Shown here in pieces: positions 61,450 through 64,000 of a stretch of DNA of 64,000 bases (position 1 is its first letter; every line of letters begins with the position of its first letter). The DNA is from Emiliania huxleyi CCMP1516 (Eukaryota): the NCBI RefSeq assembly GCF_000372725.1, contig NW_005202427.1, positions 801,581 through 865,580 on the forward strand, written 5' to 3'. The notes beneath the pieces are model-generated. The model was not told where the DNA came from. It worked only from the letters and a program-made list of their open reading frames with translations, and did no database searches. A program made the translations under genes and the position numbers.

Positions 61450-62336
61450 GCTTCCCGCGCCGGTGCCAGCCGCCATTGGCTGGCGAACAAACAGCACATT
61501 CTCGCGTTCTCTTGCTCGTAGAACATACTGGTCGCGCGCGTGTGCTCGCACGTCTTTAGGCTAAGTCGCTCCTTGTGGAAGTCACTTTTGGAACAGTGAA
61601 CGTCGGTGCTCGAAAATGAGTATCTCTGGCGACCTGTCTGGCTCGCACCAGTCGTGCGAGGCAACAATGCGGCAGTCGAGAGATTCCGTGTCAATGACCA
61701 GCAGGGCGGGTCTGCCTCCTCGCAGGCCAGGCTTTCAGATTACGATGATGTAACATACTTGACATCCCCCCTTGGCGCCTTGACCCTTGTGATTTTCCTC
61801 CCAAACCAGCGCGATATCTCGGCCTCCGCTCGCGCGCCGGCCGCCCATGCGCTCGCGGGGCTGCCCGACGGGGCTGGCCTCGTGCTGATGGACCCAGCCG
61901 AGGTGCCCGACCAGTTGGAGCCGCGCCGACGCGCCGCGCGCGACCACCAGCCAGCTTTTCGGCGGGGTCGAGGACGGTGCGTCGAAAGAGTAGACACTCT
62001 CCGGTCCATCCGGAATTTTGTCGTTTTAGTTAGCACTAGACGGTTTTTGGCCGGCGCCATGTGGCGCCGGGCCCCGCCCTCCAGGGCTTGACGCGTCTGG
62101 TGCCAGCGACGCAAACGGCGAGTGTTTTGCGACGGGTACTTGTTCGGTACTTGTAGTGTTAGGAGCAACACGACGCCGATCGTTGAAAGTAGCAACCACT
62201 CACACACACACACACGCCTCTAACCAACTGGCTCAGTTGAAGAGGCCGCTCCCACAGCTCTCACACCTATCTCTCTGGTACACAATATTGGAAGCGTTGT
62301 GAATTGTAGACCATTGGCCTCCTAAAAATCTCTCTC

Positions 62337-62780
62337 TCAACTCTCTCTTGGTAAGACTTCGGAGAAGGCAAGCCGTGAAGTTGTCAACCGTCTCGGCGTC
62401 GACAACAACTCTCGAACCAGTCGTGCTGCGGGAACGGCCCCTCTGATTGCTCTGACAGGCACGCCTTGCACCTCGCCATGGATCCGCGGCAGAAGCCAAT
62501 GCCGCAACGCTTTCAGGAAAGAGAGGAGGAAGACGCATACCAAAACTGCTCCAATCAGTAGCTCCATACGTTGCCTTTCACTGTGTAGGAGTTGTTGCAG
62601 CTTCTCGATCTTTGAAGTCTTGTCCTGCAGCAATATTTTCTGCCTCCAAATGTAGTCTAATACGTCATCGCACCTCCGCCATGAGGACGGCCTTGTGCGA
62701 GCGCTGTCGTTGAGAACGAAGCGGCCCGAGTGTTCTGTTGCCTTCAAGGCATATTTCCTGAGCTGAGGTAGCTCGTTCCC
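62337..62780 (-). CDS. Hypothetical coiled-coil + TM protein fragment
   Basis: QKILLQDKTSKIEKLQQLL...LLIGAVLVCVFLLSFL; start unresolved. Confidence 0.3.
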   Translation of the reverse strand, partial: GNELPQLRKYALKATEHSGRFVLNDSARTRPSSWRRCDDVLDYIWRQKILLQDKTSKIEKLQQLLHSERQRMELLIGAVLVCVFLLSFLKALRHWLLPRIHGEVQGVPVRAIRGAVPAARLVRELLSTPRRLTTSRLAFSEVLPRES

Positions 62781-63345
62781 TTGGTGAGGGCGGTCGTGTT
62801 TGTCATGGCCGGGTCGTGCATGTACGTCTGGGCGACGTCCGTCGGACTACGGTCCGCCATCTTTAGCAGGTCTTTGATCGGCTTCAAATCGTCCTCCTTG
62901 ACGCCGCTGCCTCGCGACGAATTCTCCGGACCCCGACAAGCCGCCCGACGTTGGGCCTCTGCCCCGCACGCCCCCGCCCCTTCTTTCTGCCCCTCGCTCA
63001 CACCCCGGCCCGACACGCACATACAAGACAAACCCGGCGTCCTGCTCTCAAAAGAAAAAGAAAAATGGGTCGACCCGTCGAACTGGGATTCGAACTGGCG
63101 ACTCGCTCAGACCTCAAGAGGTTGCTCACGAAAATCGGCACAGCGATCCTGCAACTTGCGCTCGCGTGGGTGCCACCGGCGGCAGCGGCTTCGGCGTGCC
63201 CTCAAGAAAGAAAGAAAGCAGTGGACCATGACACGCCGACAATGTCGAGGGTGTCACTGACAAGAGATTGAGAAAGCGAGCACACCGCCAACACACCGCC
63301 GCCCAAGCCGCACCGCCAACACACCGCCGCGCAAGCCGAGACAGC

Positions 63346-64000
63346 ATGCCCTTTGTCCTCTTTCTTGCCCTGCTTGCGTCCGCCACGGCGGCGCCTACCA
63401 CGAAAGGCCGGCGCGCGAACGAACAACCCAAAGTTCGTCTGGTTGTCACCGGCGAGACCAACGTGGCGAGGACCACGCGTGGCGCGCGAGCTTCAAACCG
63501 GGTGGCGCAGATGGCGGCGTGGGGCGGAAACGTCACTATGACAATCCGAGCAGCCCACAACACCTTCACTGTGGTCGAAGTCGCGGACCCCAACGAGGCG
63601 CGATTGTTCAAGGAGCAGGCGGAGCGCTCGGGGCTAAGGGTCGAGGAGGATCAGCGGCGCTACCCAGGACCGAGCAGCACCGCCACGCGGACGCAGCCGC
63701 TAGCCGAGGAAACGCCATGGGGGATCGAGCGTGTGTACAACGGAGCGGTGCCGAACGCCTCCTTCTTCCCGTCGGCGGTGACGCATCCGCTCTGCATCAT
63801 CGACTCTGGCTACCTGCTCACACACCCTGACCTTCCCTCTGACGCCACCGCGGCGGACCCGCTCCAAGCTGACCCAGCCGGCACGATGTACTTCGGCGAC
63901 GACATCTGCAACCACGGCACGCATGTCCTCATCCTCTCCGCCGCCCCTCTCCGCCGCCATCATTCTCTGCCCGCCGTCTCTCCGCCGCCCCCTCGACCCC
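63346..64000 (+). CDS. Subtilisin (S8) protease, copy 2, runs off the window
   Basis: Near-identical to 50080-50730 with a few substitutions (MAAWGG, GPSSTAT, GDDICNHG). Confidence 0.85.
   Translation, partial: MPFVLFLALLASATAAPTTKGRRANEQPKVRLVVTGETNVARTTRGARASNRVAQMAAWGGNVTMTIRAAHNTFTVVEVADPNEARLFKEQAERSGLRVEEDQRRYPGPSSTATRTQPLAEETPWGIERVYNGAVPNASFFPSAVTHPLCIIDSGYLLTHPDLPSDATAADPLQADPAGTMYFGDDICNHGTHVLILSAAPLRRHHSLPAVSPPPPRP

Overview
GC-rich, intron-rich eukaryotic DNA from a draft assembly with N gaps and low-quality read ends. Mostly GC-AG (some GA-AG) introns, 10-11 bp intronic tandem repeats and an AP2-like domain suggest a haptophyte such as Emiliania/Gephyrocapsa huxleyi (inference). 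Recognisable genes: a YadA/Hep_Hag head-repeat secreted protein, a class I SAM methyltransferase, a PHD-CXXC-AP2 protein, BRX1, a MATE transporter, a GH141-like beta-helix protein, PA2G4/EBP1, an MFS sugar porter, an RsmB/NSUN m5C methyltransferase, DUF4336, RBM22, several small membrane proteins, and a scrambled multi-copy protease locus (subtilisin S8, tandem trypsin S1, F5/8-C, CUB). Intergenic DNA holds many TIR elements with different TSD lengths, a foldback element, a CRE-like RLE retrotransposon and 3' ends of a LINE with a (CCTTA)n tail. The most striking signal is apparent ongoing intron creation. Many introns are insertions flanked by duplications of exon sequence, with the first copy supplying a GT/GC/GA donor and an insert ending in TA completing a TAG acceptor. 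One such intron is a LINE 3' end that also occurs intergenically with a TSD, and another intron sequence family occurs in two unrelated genes. Exon boundaries were read by eye and are not validated by transcripts.
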